Part shown: positions 9,808 to 20,137 of the stretch, one piece after another
Position numbering within the stretch: position 1 is the first letter of the stretch
Layout: each line of letters opens with the position of its first letter
Assembly: GCA_016290995.1 (NCBI GenBank)
Contig: JAEEVR010000001.1
Location: forward strand, 100,282-164,281
Direction of reading: 5' to 3'
Source: Treponema sp.
GTDB lineage: Bacteria > Spirochaetota > Spirochaetia > Treponematales > Treponemataceae
Length of the DNA stretch: 64,000 nt
The notes under the pieces: generated by a model
Database searches by the model: none
Told to the model about the DNA's origin: nothing
Seen by the model: the letters and a program-made list of their open reading frames with translations, nothing else
Program-made: the position numbers and the translations under genes

Positions 9808-9975
9808 AAAAAAACGGCGCGAAGGCGTGGGGCGGCCGGCGGCGCTCATTTTGCGCTGACAAGACAGTAGGCGCCGAGCCGTGCGGAGCGCTTTAGCGCG
9901 ACTGCAATACAATTAGAGGCCTCGTTTCCAACGGAAACGAGTTCGGACGCAGCCGCAACTGGGAGCCGTTTTTTT
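9808..9975. other. GC-rich structured intergenic element (candidate ncRNA or REP/MITE-like unit)
   Basis: Bounded by inverted AAAAAAACGGC/GCCGTTTTTTT; internal hairpin CTCGTTTCC-AAC-GGAAACGAG at 9921-9941; no credible ORF. Confidence 0.4.
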
Positions 9976-10032
9976 GTTTTTTACTTCTATTGTTGAATTT
10001 TCTTCAAAGTTCTATTATAATAATTCTTCAAT

Positions 10033-11760
10033 ATGGCGGAAAAGGCTCCCACGACATTTGAAAGATTGGTTTCTCTTATAAGCGAGGACGAGCGAAAGGC
10101 TTTGCTTGACAAAATGCGGCCTTTGGAAGGGGATCCCGACGCCCGCTCATTGGAGTCCGACAAAGACCCCTCGATGAACGCGGACGAAATCGTCTTGGAA
10201 GAAAACCTAAAGCGTGAGTCTTTCCTTTACCGCTTGATTCTGTGGCTCCGTTCAATCTTAACCTCAACATCAAAAGAGCAGCTTTACAACGACGACAAAA
10301 TCATGGCCCTTTTTAGAAAGTTGAACCGCGAATATCCCGGCTTGCTGGACTACAAGGGCGCCTTGCTTTTGGGCATTTTTTACGAAAAGCTTTTGGAGCT
10401 AAAAAAGGCCGCCGAATTTTTTAGGCCTTACCTTGACTCGATTTACGAAAACATCGGAGGCTTTTACGTTTTCTTGGGATCGATTGTCGCTCCCGAAGTT
10501 ACGCAAAGAATGAATTCCGAAGTCGATCCGATGAGCCTTCCGCTTGAGCGCGAGGTCACCGGCGAATTGCGCGCTTCGTTCCTAAGAAAAATGGAAGACA
10601 TCATAAAGGAGCTGCCGTCGCATAGAAGGGCCTACTTGTACCAGTGCGCGGTGTCGGTGGATTGGCTTTACCAATTCACAAAGCTTCCTTTTGAACGCTT
10701 TATTTCCGCTTTTGGAGCGGGGCTGAGCGATTCGCAGGTCGCGCGCTTTGAGACAGTCACAAGCGAGTTGAACGCCTTTGCGAAAATTTTGTGCAACGGA
10801 AAAAGCATGCCGACCGAAGCCTTTGAGTCGATCTTTTTGTTTTCGGCCAAAAAGATGGTTCCCAACTCCAGCGAGGCAAAGGACGACGATTCGCGCGCCA
10901 AAGAATTTATGGACAAGGCAAACTCTTTCTTTACGATCATCCATATGTTCATAAACAGCGTTCCGCTCCGCTACGTTAACAAGGTCGTCTACAACAACAT
11001 CCAGTGGCAGCCCGACCAATTTACCGGAGCGGAAGATTGGTTTGCCAGGTACAAGGACCAATGGAAGCGGCTCTTTGACGAGCAGTGGAACGCTTGGCTA
11101 AAAGAAAAAAAGCGCGTTCTTTTGAACAAGACATTAAAAGAGCATTTTGGAATAGACACGATTCCCTTCTTGCCGGTTAGGCCTTGGGCCAATATATGGG
11201 GAAGCGGCGTTGACTTTCACTTTGAGAACACCGCGGGCTTTTTGTGGTGGTTCGTTTCAAAAAAACAAAACGAGGTTGTCGAGCCTCTTAAAATTCTTTT
11301 GCTTGAAGGCCAGTTTGTCAACAAAGAAAACCGCGCCGAGTTTGCCAACACGCTAAACGAGTTGTCGCAAGTTTCTTCAAGAATGTACGACTTTGAGGAA
11401 GACATTTCGGACAAGGGACAAACAGGCTTGGTTTTTGAAAAACTTGCCAGCGAACACTTGCGCACTTTGGCGGCGCAGTCAAAAATCGACACGTTGATCA
11501 TAGAAAAAGAAGCGATCATTAAGTCGACAAAAAATTCTTTCTGCGACCAAGCCCGCTCTGTCCTTAACATTTTGAACGGAGTCTTTGCCGAAAAAAAAGA
11601 CACGCGCTACGACGGAATCCAAAACCTCGCGTCGATTCAAGGCTCGCAAAACGCAAACTTTAGGGCCAGCCTGCAAAAAAGCCAAAAAATATTTGGCGCG
11701 GCGCTGGACATTCTTAAAGAGCTTGAGCAAATCGACATTCCGGGGAACGGAACAAAATAA
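10033..11760 (+). CDS. Conserved spirochaete helical protein (DUF5312-like)
   Basis: 575-aa ORF with genome-typical codon usage; family call from recollection only. Confidence 0.6.
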   Translation: MAEKAPTTFERLVSLISEDERKALLDKMRPLEGDPDARSLESDKDPSMNADEIVLEENLKRESFLYRLILWLRSILTSTSKEQLYNDDKIMALFRKLNREYPGLLDYKGALLLGIFYEKLLELKKAAEFFRPYLDSIYENIGGFYVFLGSIVAPEVTQRMNSEVDPMSLPLEREVTGELRASFLRKMEDIIKELPSHRRAYLYQCAVSVDWLYQFTKLPFERFISAFGAGLSDSQVARFETVTSELNAFAKILCNGKSMPTEAFESIFLFSAKKMVPNSSEAKDDDSRAKEFMDKANSFFTIIHMFINSVPLRYVNKVVYNNIQWQPDQFTGAEDWFARYKDQWKRLFDEQWNAWLKEKKRVLLNKTLKEHFGIDTIPFLPVRPWANIWGSGVDFHFENTAGFLWWFVSKKQNEVVEPLKILLLEGQFVNKENRAEFANTLNELSQVSSRMYDFEEDISDKGQTGLVFEKLASEHLRTLAAQSKIDTLIIEKEAIIKSTKNSFCDQARSVLNILNGVFAEKKDTRYDGIQNLASIQGSQNANFRASLQKSQKIFGAALDILKELEQIDIPGNGTK

Positions 11761-12674
11761 TGAATTTTGTTGACGTCGCCGAGGCCGCCAAAGTCAACGG
11801 CAGCAAATGGGCCCTTCTTCCTTTTTACAAAAACGGATCTCCTTTTGACGGCGAGGCTTTGCAAGGCCAAAAGATTCGGCCCGTTTGGGGCATGACCTTA
11901 AAGGCCGCTGGCCCCATGCGCTTTAGGTGGAACGAAATAAACCCCAACCGCGATTCGTTTTTGTCCGAACTTTGCCAGCGCTACGGAGCGGAGAAGGGCG
12001 GCAAGCGAATCGTTCCGCTTGAACTGATCCATTCAAAAATCGTATACGACGTAAAAGAAGCCAGCGACACTTTTAACAAGCAGGGCGACGGAATCGTCAC
12101 GCAAAACAAAAGCCTTATCCCTGTCGTCACCGTCGCCGACTGCGTTCCTATTTATTTTTGCGACGCGGGAACGGGAGCCTTTGGCGCGGCGCATTCCGGC
12201 TGGAAGGGAACGGGAATCGCGGCCCAAGTGGTTGAGTTGATGAAAAAGAATTACGGCTCAGATCCGCGAGACATTCTTTGCGCGATTGGCCCCCACATCC
12301 ACGACTGCTGCTACTTGGTTGACGCCGAGCGCGCCAAATACTTTGCCGACAATTTTGGAAGCGACTGCGTTCAAAAGTCTTCGCCTGACAATAAGGCTTC
12401 GCAAGGCCAAAACGCGCGCGGCGGGTCGGGCCTTTTTGGTCAAGAACAAAATTTCGCGCTTTCGCTTTTGCGCGCAAACCTAAATGTTTTGGCTTCGGCG
12501 GGCGTTTTGGAAGAAAACATCGTGGCGGCGAAAAACTGCACCGCCTGCGACGAGCGCTTTGGCTCCTTTAGACGCGAGGCCGCCGCGCTTGACGTTCCGG
12601 CCCAAGAAAAGTCCCGCTTGTTTACAACCCAAGCCGCATTCGTTATAATGGAAAGCGCGGAAGTCAATCGATGA
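11760..12674 (+). CDS. Polyphenol oxidase / laccase-domain (YfiH/PgeF) protein
   Basis: GDGIVT, VADCVPI, AAHSGWKGT, AIGPHIHDCCY, CTAC..FGSFRR. Confidence 0.88.
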   Translation: MNFVDVAEAAKVNGSKWALLPFYKNGSPFDGEALQGQKIRPVWGMTLKAAGPMRFRWNEINPNRDSFLSELCQRYGAEKGGKRIVPLELIHSKIVYDVKEASDTFNKQGDGIVTQNKSLIPVVTVADCVPIYFCDAGTGAFGAAHSGWKGTGIAAQVVELMKKNYGSDPRDILCAIGPHIHDCCYLVDAERAKYFADNFGSDCVQKSSPDNKASQGQNARGGSGLFGQEQNFALSLLRANLNVLASAGVLEENIVAAKNCTACDERFGSFRREAAALDVPAQEKSRLFTTQAAFVIMESAEVNR

Positions 12675-13432
12675 AAGTTGAAAAGTTTTATTCCGAAATT
12701 CAAAAGCGTTACGGCAACATAACTCGCGCGCGCGGGCCTTTTTTGTACACGCAAAAAAACGTCCGCCTTACCGACTTGAACCAAGAAGGCGGCCGCGCGA
12801 TTTTGGGCTGGGACTCTTCCGCCTACACTGTCTTTAAAAACGTTTTGAGCAAGGGCTTGGCCGGCTCCTTTAACTGCGCCTACAAGGGGCAGCTTGAAAA
12901 GGCTGTGTCCGAGCTTTTGAACGGCAAGCGAAACATATTTTTCTTTTCTCACAAAAAGGACGCGATGCAAGCCGCGCTTTTGCTTGACGCTCAAAATACA
13001 AGCGTTTACAAACCCTTTAGCGGCGTTGACTACAGCGGCGTGAAGAACGTAATCATCGCGCCGCCGCTTCCGTGGACGAACAATTTTTGGATTTTGGCGG
13101 CCGCGGCCAACGATTCTGGTCTGCCCAACGATTCCGAGCGGTTTCCGCCGGCCCTTGTTGCCGCGGCGGCGCGGGCGGTTTACGATTTGATCGCCGCGAT
13201 AAAAGTCAGGCAGGAAAAAGATTTTTTTATTTACGACAAGGTTTTGACAAAGTTTTTTGAGCGCCGTTCATGCTGGCTTCGTCCAAAAGTTCCGCAAGAA
13301 AAATACGACGACTTTGTTTTGGCTTGCCTTGACGCCGGCGTTCTTGTCAATCCCGACTACAACGCGGATTCTCTCGTTCCCTTTGGAGCGGACAAGGGCG
13401 TCCTAAAAAAAATGGGGGAAATAAATGTCTGA
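12671..13432 (+). CDS. Hypothetical protein with a degenerate class-III aminotransferase-like N-terminus
   Basis: ITRARGPFLYT..RLTDL..GGRAILGW resembles the HemL-type N-terminus; too short for a full enzyme. Confidence 0.55.
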   Translation: MKVEKFYSEIQKRYGNITRARGPFLYTQKNVRLTDLNQEGGRAILGWDSSAYTVFKNVLSKGLAGSFNCAYKGQLEKAVSELLNGKRNIFFFSHKKDAMQAALLLDAQNTSVYKPFSGVDYSGVKNVIIAPPLPWTNNFWILAAAANDSGLPNDSERFPPALVAAAARAVYDLIAAIKVRQEKDFFIYDKVLTKFFERRSCWLRPKVPQEKYDDFVLACLDAGVLVNPDYNADSLVPFGADKGVLKKMGEINV

Positions 13433-13718
13433 TTCGCAAATCATATTGAGCGCGGTCCAGCTTTGCTTGGGAGGTCTTTGCGCCTTTGCCGCGATTTTGC
13501 TTTGCGCAAAAAAAAGAAGCTCGCAGGTAGTTTGCCTTTTGGCCTTTGTTTTGACCAGCTACGCGCGAACGGTATACCAGCTTCTTTGCGACTTGGGAAT
13601 CGTCACTGACTTAAAGGTCTCGCTTTTTGGCCTTCCTCTTTTGACGCTGGCTTTTGAAATCGTTCCTCCGGTATTTTTGCTTTTGGCGATAATTTTTGCG
13701 ATCGTAAAAAAGAGGTAG
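13425..13718 (+). CDS. Small membrane protein
   Basis: Three hydrophobic segments; in operon. Confidence 0.65.
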   Translation: MSDSQIILSAVQLCLGGLCAFAAILLCAKKRSSQVVCLLAFVLTSYARTVYQLLCDLGIVTDLKVSLFGLPLLTLAFEIVPPVFLLLAIIFAIVKKR

Positions 13719-13721
13719 CCC

Positions 13722-14174
13722 GTGACCGAGTTTGAATTTTGGGAAAAGTTTGTAAAAGAAAGCGGCCTTGACCCAGACTCAAAGTACGACGGCGTTTTTG
13801 GTTTTGAGGCGCAGGGCTTTTTTGGAGCGGAACGAATCGCGGCCCTTTTGGCCGGAAAAAAACGCGCGGCCTTTTTTCCATATTCAAGCTATGTCGTTGA
13901 CGACGGCCTCATTCCCGTTAGCGGCGAGCATTACATCATTCTTGGCGCCGGCCGCCAGCCGGTTTGCGTAATCCAAACGACGCGCGTTCAAGTCGTTCCC
14001 TTTGACCAAGTGACGATGGAAATGGTGTCCGCCGAGGGCGAGGATTCTTCCGTAGAGGAATGGCGGCAAAAGACCCGCGAAATTTTGGAAGACGAGTGCC
14101 TTGCCGCCGGCATTTCCTTCGCTCCCGACATCAAGCTTGTTTATATGGAATTTGAAGTCGTCTTCCGCTCGTAG
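13722..14174 (+). CDS. ASCH domain protein
   Basis: LLAGKKRAA, QPVCVIQTTRV, PFDQVT..AEGEDSS..WR, EFEVV. Confidence 0.75.
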   Translation: MTEFEFWEKFVKESGLDPDSKYDGVFGFEAQGFFGAERIAALLAGKKRAAFFPYSSYVVDDGLIPVSGEHYIILGAGRQPVCVIQTTRVQVVPFDQVTMEMVSAEGEDSSVEEWRQKTREILEDECLAAGISFAPDIKLVYMEFEVVFRS

Positions 14175-14227
14175 CGGAACGGAATCCTAGTTGCGCTCGC
14201 GGCTAAAAATCGCTACAATAAAAGGAT

Positions 14228-15469
14228 ATGAAACTTTACACACGCCGCCACTTGTTTTTTTCTACAATAACATCAGTTATAATCACCGCCGCCGCAGTTT
14301 TGGGCGCTCAAAAAATATTTTTGTCGGCCAGCCGTTCCCAACCGAAAGAAGCCGCTCCGCAAAGCTCGGACAGCGCTTCTAAAAACGACGCGTCATTGCC
14401 GGCTGCAACAACTCTTCAAAGCCAAACTTTGGTCGCCGCGCCGGCCGTTACATACACCGCGGACGAGCAGCAAAACATTTCGGTTTACCAGCAGTTCAAC
14501 GAAGCGGTTGTAAACATCACGACGCAGGTTATGGGAATGAACTGGTTTTTTGAGCCGATCGCGGAAGACGGCGGCTCCGGCTCCGGCTCCATAATCGACA
14601 GCCGCGGCTATGTCATCACCAACGTTCACGTAATCGAAAAGGCGACAAAGATTTACATTTCGCTCTACGACGGAAGCCAGTACGAAGGACGCGTTGTCGG
14701 GAGCGACGTGGAAAGCGACATCGCCGTTTTGAAATTCGACCCGCCGAAAGACTTGGTTTTAAAGACGATTCAGTTTGGCGACAGCGAAAAACTAAAGGTT
14801 GGCCAAAAGGTCATCGCCATCGGCAACCCCTTTGGCTTTGAGCGCACCCTCACGACCGGAATCGTAAGCGCGCTGGGCCGCCCTATCAAAAACTCAAACA
14901 ACATCATCATTCGAGGAATGATTCAGACCGACGCCTCTATCAATCCCGGAAATTCGGGCGGCCCGCTCCTTGACACGGCGGGCAACATGATCGGCATCAA
15001 TACGATGATTTATTCGTCAAGCGGTTCCAACGCCGGAATCGGATTCGCCGTTCCCGCCTCAACGGCCCGCCGCGTGGTCTCCGACCTCTTGCAGTACGGA
15101 AAAGTAAGGCGCGGCGCTATTCAGGCAAGCTTGGTTCAAATGAGCCGCGCCATCGCCGACTACGCGCGCCTTGACATAAGCCAGGGAATTTTGGTCAGCG
15201 AAACGACTCGCGGCGGAAACGCGGACAAGGCCGGAATCAAGGGCGGAACGCAAGCCGTCCGCTACGGAAATTCGCGCAACGCGCGCACGTTCTACATAGG
15301 CGGAGACATAATTGTCGGCATTGACGGCGTCCAGGTCGCCACGTATTCGGACTACTATTCTATGTTGGAAAACAAGCGGCCGGGCGACACCGTCACCGTA
15401 ACGATTCACCGCAACAAAAAGAACTACGATTGCAAGGTCGTTCTTGCCGAGGAGTCGGCGGCGGAATGA
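14228..15469 (+). CDS. htrA: HtrA/DegP-family serine protease with PDZ domain
   Basis: GSGSII, TNVHVI, DIAVLK, IQTDASINPGNSGGPL, C-terminal PDZ. Confidence 0.92.
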   Translation: MKLYTRRHLFFSTITSVIITAAAVLGAQKIFLSASRSQPKEAAPQSSDSASKNDASLPAATTLQSQTLVAAPAVTYTADEQQNISVYQQFNEAVVNITTQVMGMNWFFEPIAEDGGSGSGSIIDSRGYVITNVHVIEKATKIYISLYDGSQYEGRVVGSDVESDIAVLKFDPPKDLVLKTIQFGDSEKLKVGQKVIAIGNPFGFERTLTTGIVSALGRPIKNSNNIIIRGMIQTDASINPGNSGGPLLDTAGNMIGINTMIYSSSGSNAGIGFAVPASTARRVVSDLLQYGKVRRGAIQASLVQMSRAIADYARLDISQGILVSETTRGGNADKAGIKGGTQAVRYGNSRNARTFYIGGDIIVGIDGVQVATYSDYYSMLENKRPGDTVTVTIHRNKKNYDCKVVLAEESAAE

Positions 15470-17463
15470 GAAAATTTGTCGTTGAATCTCCCTACGAACT
15501 TTCGGGCGACCAGGGGCCTGCTGTCCAAAAACTTGCCGAAGGCTTTTTGCGCGGCGACCGCTTCCAAACGCTAAAGGGCGTTACCGGAAGCGGAAAAACT
15601 TTTACGATGGCAAAAATCATCGAGGCCGTGCAGCGGCCAACGCTCGTCATCAGCCACAACAAAACTTTGAGCGCGCAACTCTTCCGCGAGTTCAAGACTT
15701 TTTTCCCAAACAACGCCGTCGAATATTTTGTTTCCTACTACGACTACTACCAGCCGGAAGCCTACGTTCCCGCCCGCGACTTGTACATAGAAAAGGACGC
15801 GTCGATAAACAAAGAAATCGACCAAATGAAAATGGCCGCAACCTACAGCTTGATGGAACGCCGCGACGTAATCGTAATCGCAACCGTCTCCTGCATTTAC
15901 GGCTTGGGAATGCCGGAACTCTACAAGTCGATGCGCGTCCATATCGAAAAAGGGCAGACGCTTGACCCCCGCGCCCTGGCGTTGGAATTGGCGCAAGTTC
16001 AGTACAAGCGCAACGACATGGTTTTGGAGCGGGGAACTTTCCGCATAAAAGGCGACGTGATAGAAATCTATCCGCCCTACATGGAATTTGACGAAGCCTA
16101 CCGCATAGAGCTTGATTGGGAAGAAGTCGTCCGCATCCGCCGCTTTAACGTGGTGAGCGGAAAGTTCACCGAAGAGCTTGACGAGACGACAGTTTATCCT
16201 GCAAAAAACTTTGTTGTTCCCCAGTCGGAACTGGAAAGCGCCACCGAGCGCATTCAAAAAGAAATGGAAGCGCGGGTGGAAGAGCTTAGGGCGCAAAAGA
16301 AAATCTTGGAAGCAGAGCGCCTAAAGACGCGCGTCACCTACGACATAGAAATGATGAAAGAGATGGGCTACTGTTCCGGCATCGAAAATTATTCGGCTCC
16401 GATAGCAAACCGCGCGCCCGGAGTTCCGCCGGCAACCTTGCTGCATTATTTTCCTGACGACTTTTTGTGCCTGATTGACGAGGCGCACGTCACCGTTCCG
16501 CAAATCGGAGCGATGTACGAGGGCGACCGGAGCCGAAAGCAAAACTTGGTTGACTTTGGCTTTCGCCTGCCCAGCGCGCTTGACAACCGCCCGCTCAAGG
16601 CCGACGAGTTTTGGAAAAAAATCAACCAGGCGATTTTTGTCACAGCCACTCCGCGGCCGGAGGAAGTCAAGCAGTCCACGCAAGTGGTGGAGCAAATCAT
16701 CCGCCCGACTGGCCTTTTGGATCCGATTGTAGAAGTGCGGCCCAGCGAAGGCCAGATGGAAGACATTTACAAGGAGGTCCGCGAGCGAATCGAAAAGGGC
16801 GAGCGAAGCCTTATCCTTACGCTGACAAAAAAAATGGCCGAGGACCTTACCGACTACTTGCTTGGACTAAATCTAAAGGTAAAGTACATCCATTCAGAAA
16901 TAGACACTTTTGAGCGCGTGGAAATCCTAAAGGCGCTACGAACCGGCGAGATCGACGTTCTTATCGGAATCAACCTTTTGCGAGAAGGAATCGACCTTCC
17001 CGAAGTAAGTTTTATCGCGCTCTTGGACGCGGACAAAATCGGCTTTTTGCGCTCGACGACTTCGCTAATCCAAATCATAGGCCGCGCCGCCCGCAACGCC
17101 GAAGGAAAGGTCGTCATGTACGCCGACCGCATGAGCGACGCGATGAAGGAAGCGATAGACGAGACCCGCCGCCGCCGCTCGATCCAAGAGGCCTGGAACG
17201 CCGAGCATGGAATCACGCCCAAAACGATTAAAAAGGCCGTGGCCGACATTTTGGAGCGCCAAGAGCAAGACGCCAAGGAAACGGCGGCGATTCAGCTAGA
17301 GGCGCTCAAAAAGTCCGCCAACCTTATGGTGGCCAAAGAACGCAAAAAACTTATCGAAGCGCTCAAAAAGGAAATGTCCGACTGCGCCGAACGGCTTGAA
17401 TACGAGCAGGCGGCCGCCATCCGCGACCAGATTATTGATATAGAAAAAACTTACGGAAAATAA
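15466..17463 (+). CDS. uvrB: Excinuclease ABC subunit B
   Basis: GVTGSGKT, YFVSYYDYYQPEAY, DEAH, GINLLREGIDLPEV; ATGA overlap gives start 15466. Confidence 0.97.
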   Translation: MRKFVVESPYELSGDQGPAVQKLAEGFLRGDRFQTLKGVTGSGKTFTMAKIIEAVQRPTLVISHNKTLSAQLFREFKTFFPNNAVEYFVSYYDYYQPEAYVPARDLYIEKDASINKEIDQMKMAATYSLMERRDVIVIATVSCIYGLGMPELYKSMRVHIEKGQTLDPRALALELAQVQYKRNDMVLERGTFRIKGDVIEIYPPYMEFDEAYRIELDWEEVVRIRRFNVVSGKFTEELDETTVYPAKNFVVPQSELESATERIQKEMEARVEELRAQKKILEAERLKTRVTYDIEMMKEMGYCSGIENYSAPIANRAPGVPPATLLHYFPDDFLCLIDEAHVTVPQIGAMYEGDRSRKQNLVDFGFRLPSALDNRPLKADEFWKKINQAIFVTATPRPEEVKQSTQVVEQIIRPTGLLDPIVEVRPSEGQMEDIYKEVRERIEKGERSLILTLTKKMAEDLTDYLLGLNLKVKYIHSEIDTFERVEILKALRTGEIDVLIGINLLREGIDLPEVSFIALLDADKIGFLRSTTSLIQIIGRAARNAEGKVVMYADRMSDAMKEAIDETRRRRSIQEAWNAEHGITPKTIKKAVADILERQEQDAKETAAIQLEALKKSANLMVAKERKKLIEALKKEMSDCAERLEYEQAAAIRDQIIDIEKTYGK

Positions 17464-17542
17464 GCTCCGCTATTGACACAAATGGTGTTTTTCTATAATA
17501 TATTAAAACTCACGATTGATTATTAAAGGCAGGTGAAATATT

Positions 17543-17773
17543 ATGTCAAGAACATGCGCAATTTGCGGAAAATCTCCGATGCACGGAAACCGAGTAAGCA
17601 AGACTTACCACCATACACGCCACGTTTGGAAGCCCAACCTTGTAAGCGTAAAGGCTGATCTTGGCGACGGCGGAGCCCGCACAATCAAGATTTGCACACA
17701 GTGCTTGAGAAGCGGCTTTGTCACAAAGAAAGTCAACGTTCCCAAGGAAAAGCCGGCTCAGGCCGCCAACTAA
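17543..17773 (+). CDS. rpmB: 50S ribosomal protein L28 (Zn-binding form)
   Basis: MSRTCAICGK..GNRVS..WKPNL..ICTQCLRS. Confidence 0.95.
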   Translation: MSRTCAICGKSPMHGNRVSKTYHHTRHVWKPNLVSVKADLGDGGARTIKICTQCLRSGFVTKKVNVPKEKPAQAAN

Positions 17774-17813
17774 AAAAAATGTCCGCGACAAGCGCGGGCA
17801 TGGCAGGCGGAGC

Positions 17814-18749
17814 TTAAGCTTCCAATCTCAAACCGTCGTAGGCAGGCAAAACAGAGCCTCCGCCTGCGACGATTTTTTTTAGCCCCGGGTAGTCGGGCAA
17901 AATTTCCTGATAATAATTAGAAATTTCCTCATGGCTAAAGTCGTGCGTCATGTGGGTTGTCCATGTGTGGCGGGGCTGGATAAGGTCGGCGACGCCCAAG
18001 GCTTGTTCAAAGCTAAAATGGGTGGTGTGGACTTCTTTGCGCAGGCCGTCGATCACCGCGTGGACCAGCGTTCCGCAGTTTTGCTTTATCAAGTCGATTG
18101 CGGCGGGGCTGATGTAGTTGCAGTCGGTCAAGTAGACGACGCTTTTTTTTGTTCCGTCCGCTCCAATTGCGGAAATCAAGTAGCCGGTCGTCGGGAGTTT
18201 TCCGTGCTTCATCGGAATCGAGATAATTTCCATTCCGCCGATTTTTAGGGGAGCGGTTGGAACGAGGTTTTCGGCGCTGTTAAGTGTGACAAGCGGTTTT
18301 CCGCCGCCGATTTGCGTCCGTTTGAAGATGTAGTCAAAGTGGGAGCGGACGATTTTTGTCGTTTCCTTGTCGGCGTAGATCGGCATCGGTTTTGTGAATT
18401 CGTTGGAACCGTGGACCGCGCCGTTTGCGTCTGTGTATTTTGAATGGGCGTGCGGAACTTTTGTATGGCTAAAAATGCGGATGTCGTCAAGGCCGTGCAA
18501 GTGGTCCGCGTGGCCGTGGGTCAGCAAAAGCGCGTCCAGCGAAGGAAGGCCGCAAGCAAGCGCCTGGCTTCTAAAGTCGGGGCCTACGTCAATCAAAACG
18601 CGCCAAGTCTTTCCTTCAAAATCGTTTTCCAAAAGGGCGCTTGCTCGGTAGCGTTTGTCGCGCGGGTCCGCGGACTTGCAAACCTTGCAATTGCAGGCGA
18701 TTACCGGGACGCCGTGGCTTGTTCCGCTCCCCAAAATCGTAAGAATCAT
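17814..18749 (-). CDS. MBL-fold metallo-hydrolase (PhnP/lipoate-metabolism type)
   Basis: LGSGTSHGVP..CNCKVC, IDVGPDFRSQ, THGHADHLHGLDD, YLTD, THMTH, AYDG. Confidence 0.88.
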   Translation of the reverse strand: MILTILGSGTSHGVPVIACNCKVCKSADPRDKRYRASALLENDFEGKTWRVLIDVGPDFRSQALACGLPSLDALLLTHGHADHLHGLDDIRIFSHTKVPHAHSKYTDANGAVHGSNEFTKPMPIYADKETTKIVRSHFDYIFKRTQIGGGKPLVTLNSAENLVPTAPLKIGGMEIISIPMKHGKLPTTGYLISAIGADGTKKSVVYLTDCNYISPAAIDLIKQNCGTLVHAVIDGLRKEVHTTHFSFEQALGVADLIQPRHTWTTHMTHDFSHEEISNYYQEILPDYPGLKKIVAGGGSVLPAYDGLRLEA

Positions 18750-18871
18750 AGCCTTATTATATCGCGCGGCAATTGACCAAGCAAGCCCTTTTGCGCTATT
18801 ATGTTTTTGTTAGAATTCGCCGCGATGACCAGATGCCCAGAGCATGGCTTTGCGGACATACAGAGGTTAAT

Positions 18872-20137
18872 ATGCCATATTCCGAACCTACAAACCTTGC
18901 GATTGTAGCTTGCCCGGGTGGAGAAGTATTTGCCGATGAAGTTATAACTCATCTTCGCCACATGTACAAACATCGTTTTACCCTAAAGAACGATGTCATT
19001 TCCAAGCGCTACCAACTTGACAAAAACGATTTAATCAAGCAAATCAATTTGGGCAGCGACATCAACACTTCAGACATTTGCATGAAGGGCGCCACCGACA
19101 AGTACAGGCCGCCAATCTTTAAGGTTAAGGCTCGCTTTACTTATTTTATGAACGGCGAATTCAAAACCGAGCTTTTGGAATGCGTTCGCGGAAAGGACGT
19201 TTTCATTTTCCAAGACGTTGAGAACCACGAAGTCCTTTCGCTCAACGACGGAAAGAACAAGCTTTCGCTTTCGGTCAACGACCACGTAATGTCGCTTTTG
19301 GTTACAATCGACTGCGTGCGCCAAGCCGGAGCGGCCAACATCACGCTTGTTGTTCCCGCCTATCCTTACAGCCGCCAGCACAAAAAGAAGGGCCGCGAAG
19401 GCTTGACCGCCAGCATGCTGGGCCACATCTACGAACTTTTGGGCGTAAAAAGAATCATCACGCTTGACATCCACTCGCGCGAAATCATCAACGCCTTCAA
19501 TCAAATTTCTTTGGAAAACTTGCACGCCTCGTACCAAATCATCCGCGAGCTTGCAAAGATCGTCGACCTTACAGGAAAGACAGAAGACCTCGTCGTCGTC
19601 TCTCCGGACACAGGAGCGATCGACCGCAACAAGTTCTACGCTTCGGGCCTCAAGCTTCCGCTTGCGATGATTTACAAGGAGCGCGACTACTCAATCGTAA
19701 CGCAGGACGCTCATTCAACAAACATCAAGGCGATAAAGCTTTTGGGCGACGTTAACGGAAAGGTCGCCTTCCTTGCCGACGACATGTTGGGAACGGGCGG
19801 AACGCTCCTTAAGGCCATGCAGTTCCTTAAAGAGCAGGGCGCGACAAAAGTCATCGCCGCGATTTCGCTTCCGTTCTTTACTGGAAACGCCATCGAGCTT
19901 TTTGACGAAGCCTACCACAAGGGTCTTTTCTATCGCGTGATCGGAACCAACGCCGTTTACCACGAAGCGCTCAAAGACAAGGAATGGTACATCAACACCA
20001 ACGTAAGCGGCTTGTTCGCAAACGTCATCACTCGCGTTCACCACAACCAGTCGCTTAGCGATTTGCTTGACAACCGAAACATCATCGAAAAGCTCGTCAA
20101 GCAGGACGCAAGCGTAAGCGACGATGACGAACAATAG
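18872..20137 (+). CDS. prs: Ribose-phosphate pyrophosphokinase (long spirochaete form)
   Basis: FMNGE, PAYPYSRQ, TLDIHS, VVSPDTGA, DDMLGTGGTL; RBS GAGG before ATG 18872. Confidence 0.93.
   Translation: MPYSEPTNLAIVACPGGEVFADEVITHLRHMYKHRFTLKNDVISKRYQLDKNDLIKQINLGSDINTSDICMKGATDKYRPPIFKVKARFTYFMNGEFKTELLECVRGKDVFIFQDVENHEVLSLNDGKNKLSLSVNDHVMSLLVTIDCVRQAGAANITLVVPAYPYSRQHKKKGREGLTASMLGHIYELLGVKRIITLDIHSREIINAFNQISLENLHASYQIIRELAKIVDLTGKTEDLVVVSPDTGAIDRNKFYASGLKLPLAMIYKERDYSIVTQDAHSTNIKAIKLLGDVNGKVAFLADDMLGTGGTLLKAMQFLKEQGATKVIAAISLPFFTGNAIELFDEAYHKGLFYRVIGTNAVYHEALKDKEWYINTNVSGLFANVITRVHHNQSLSDLLDNRNIIEKLVKQDASVSDDDEQ

Noticed and set aside
9719-9975. ZMP/ZTP or glycine riboswitch for glyA
   Set aside because: No recognisable aptamer consensus, and a plausible glyA promoter lies downstream of the structured element.
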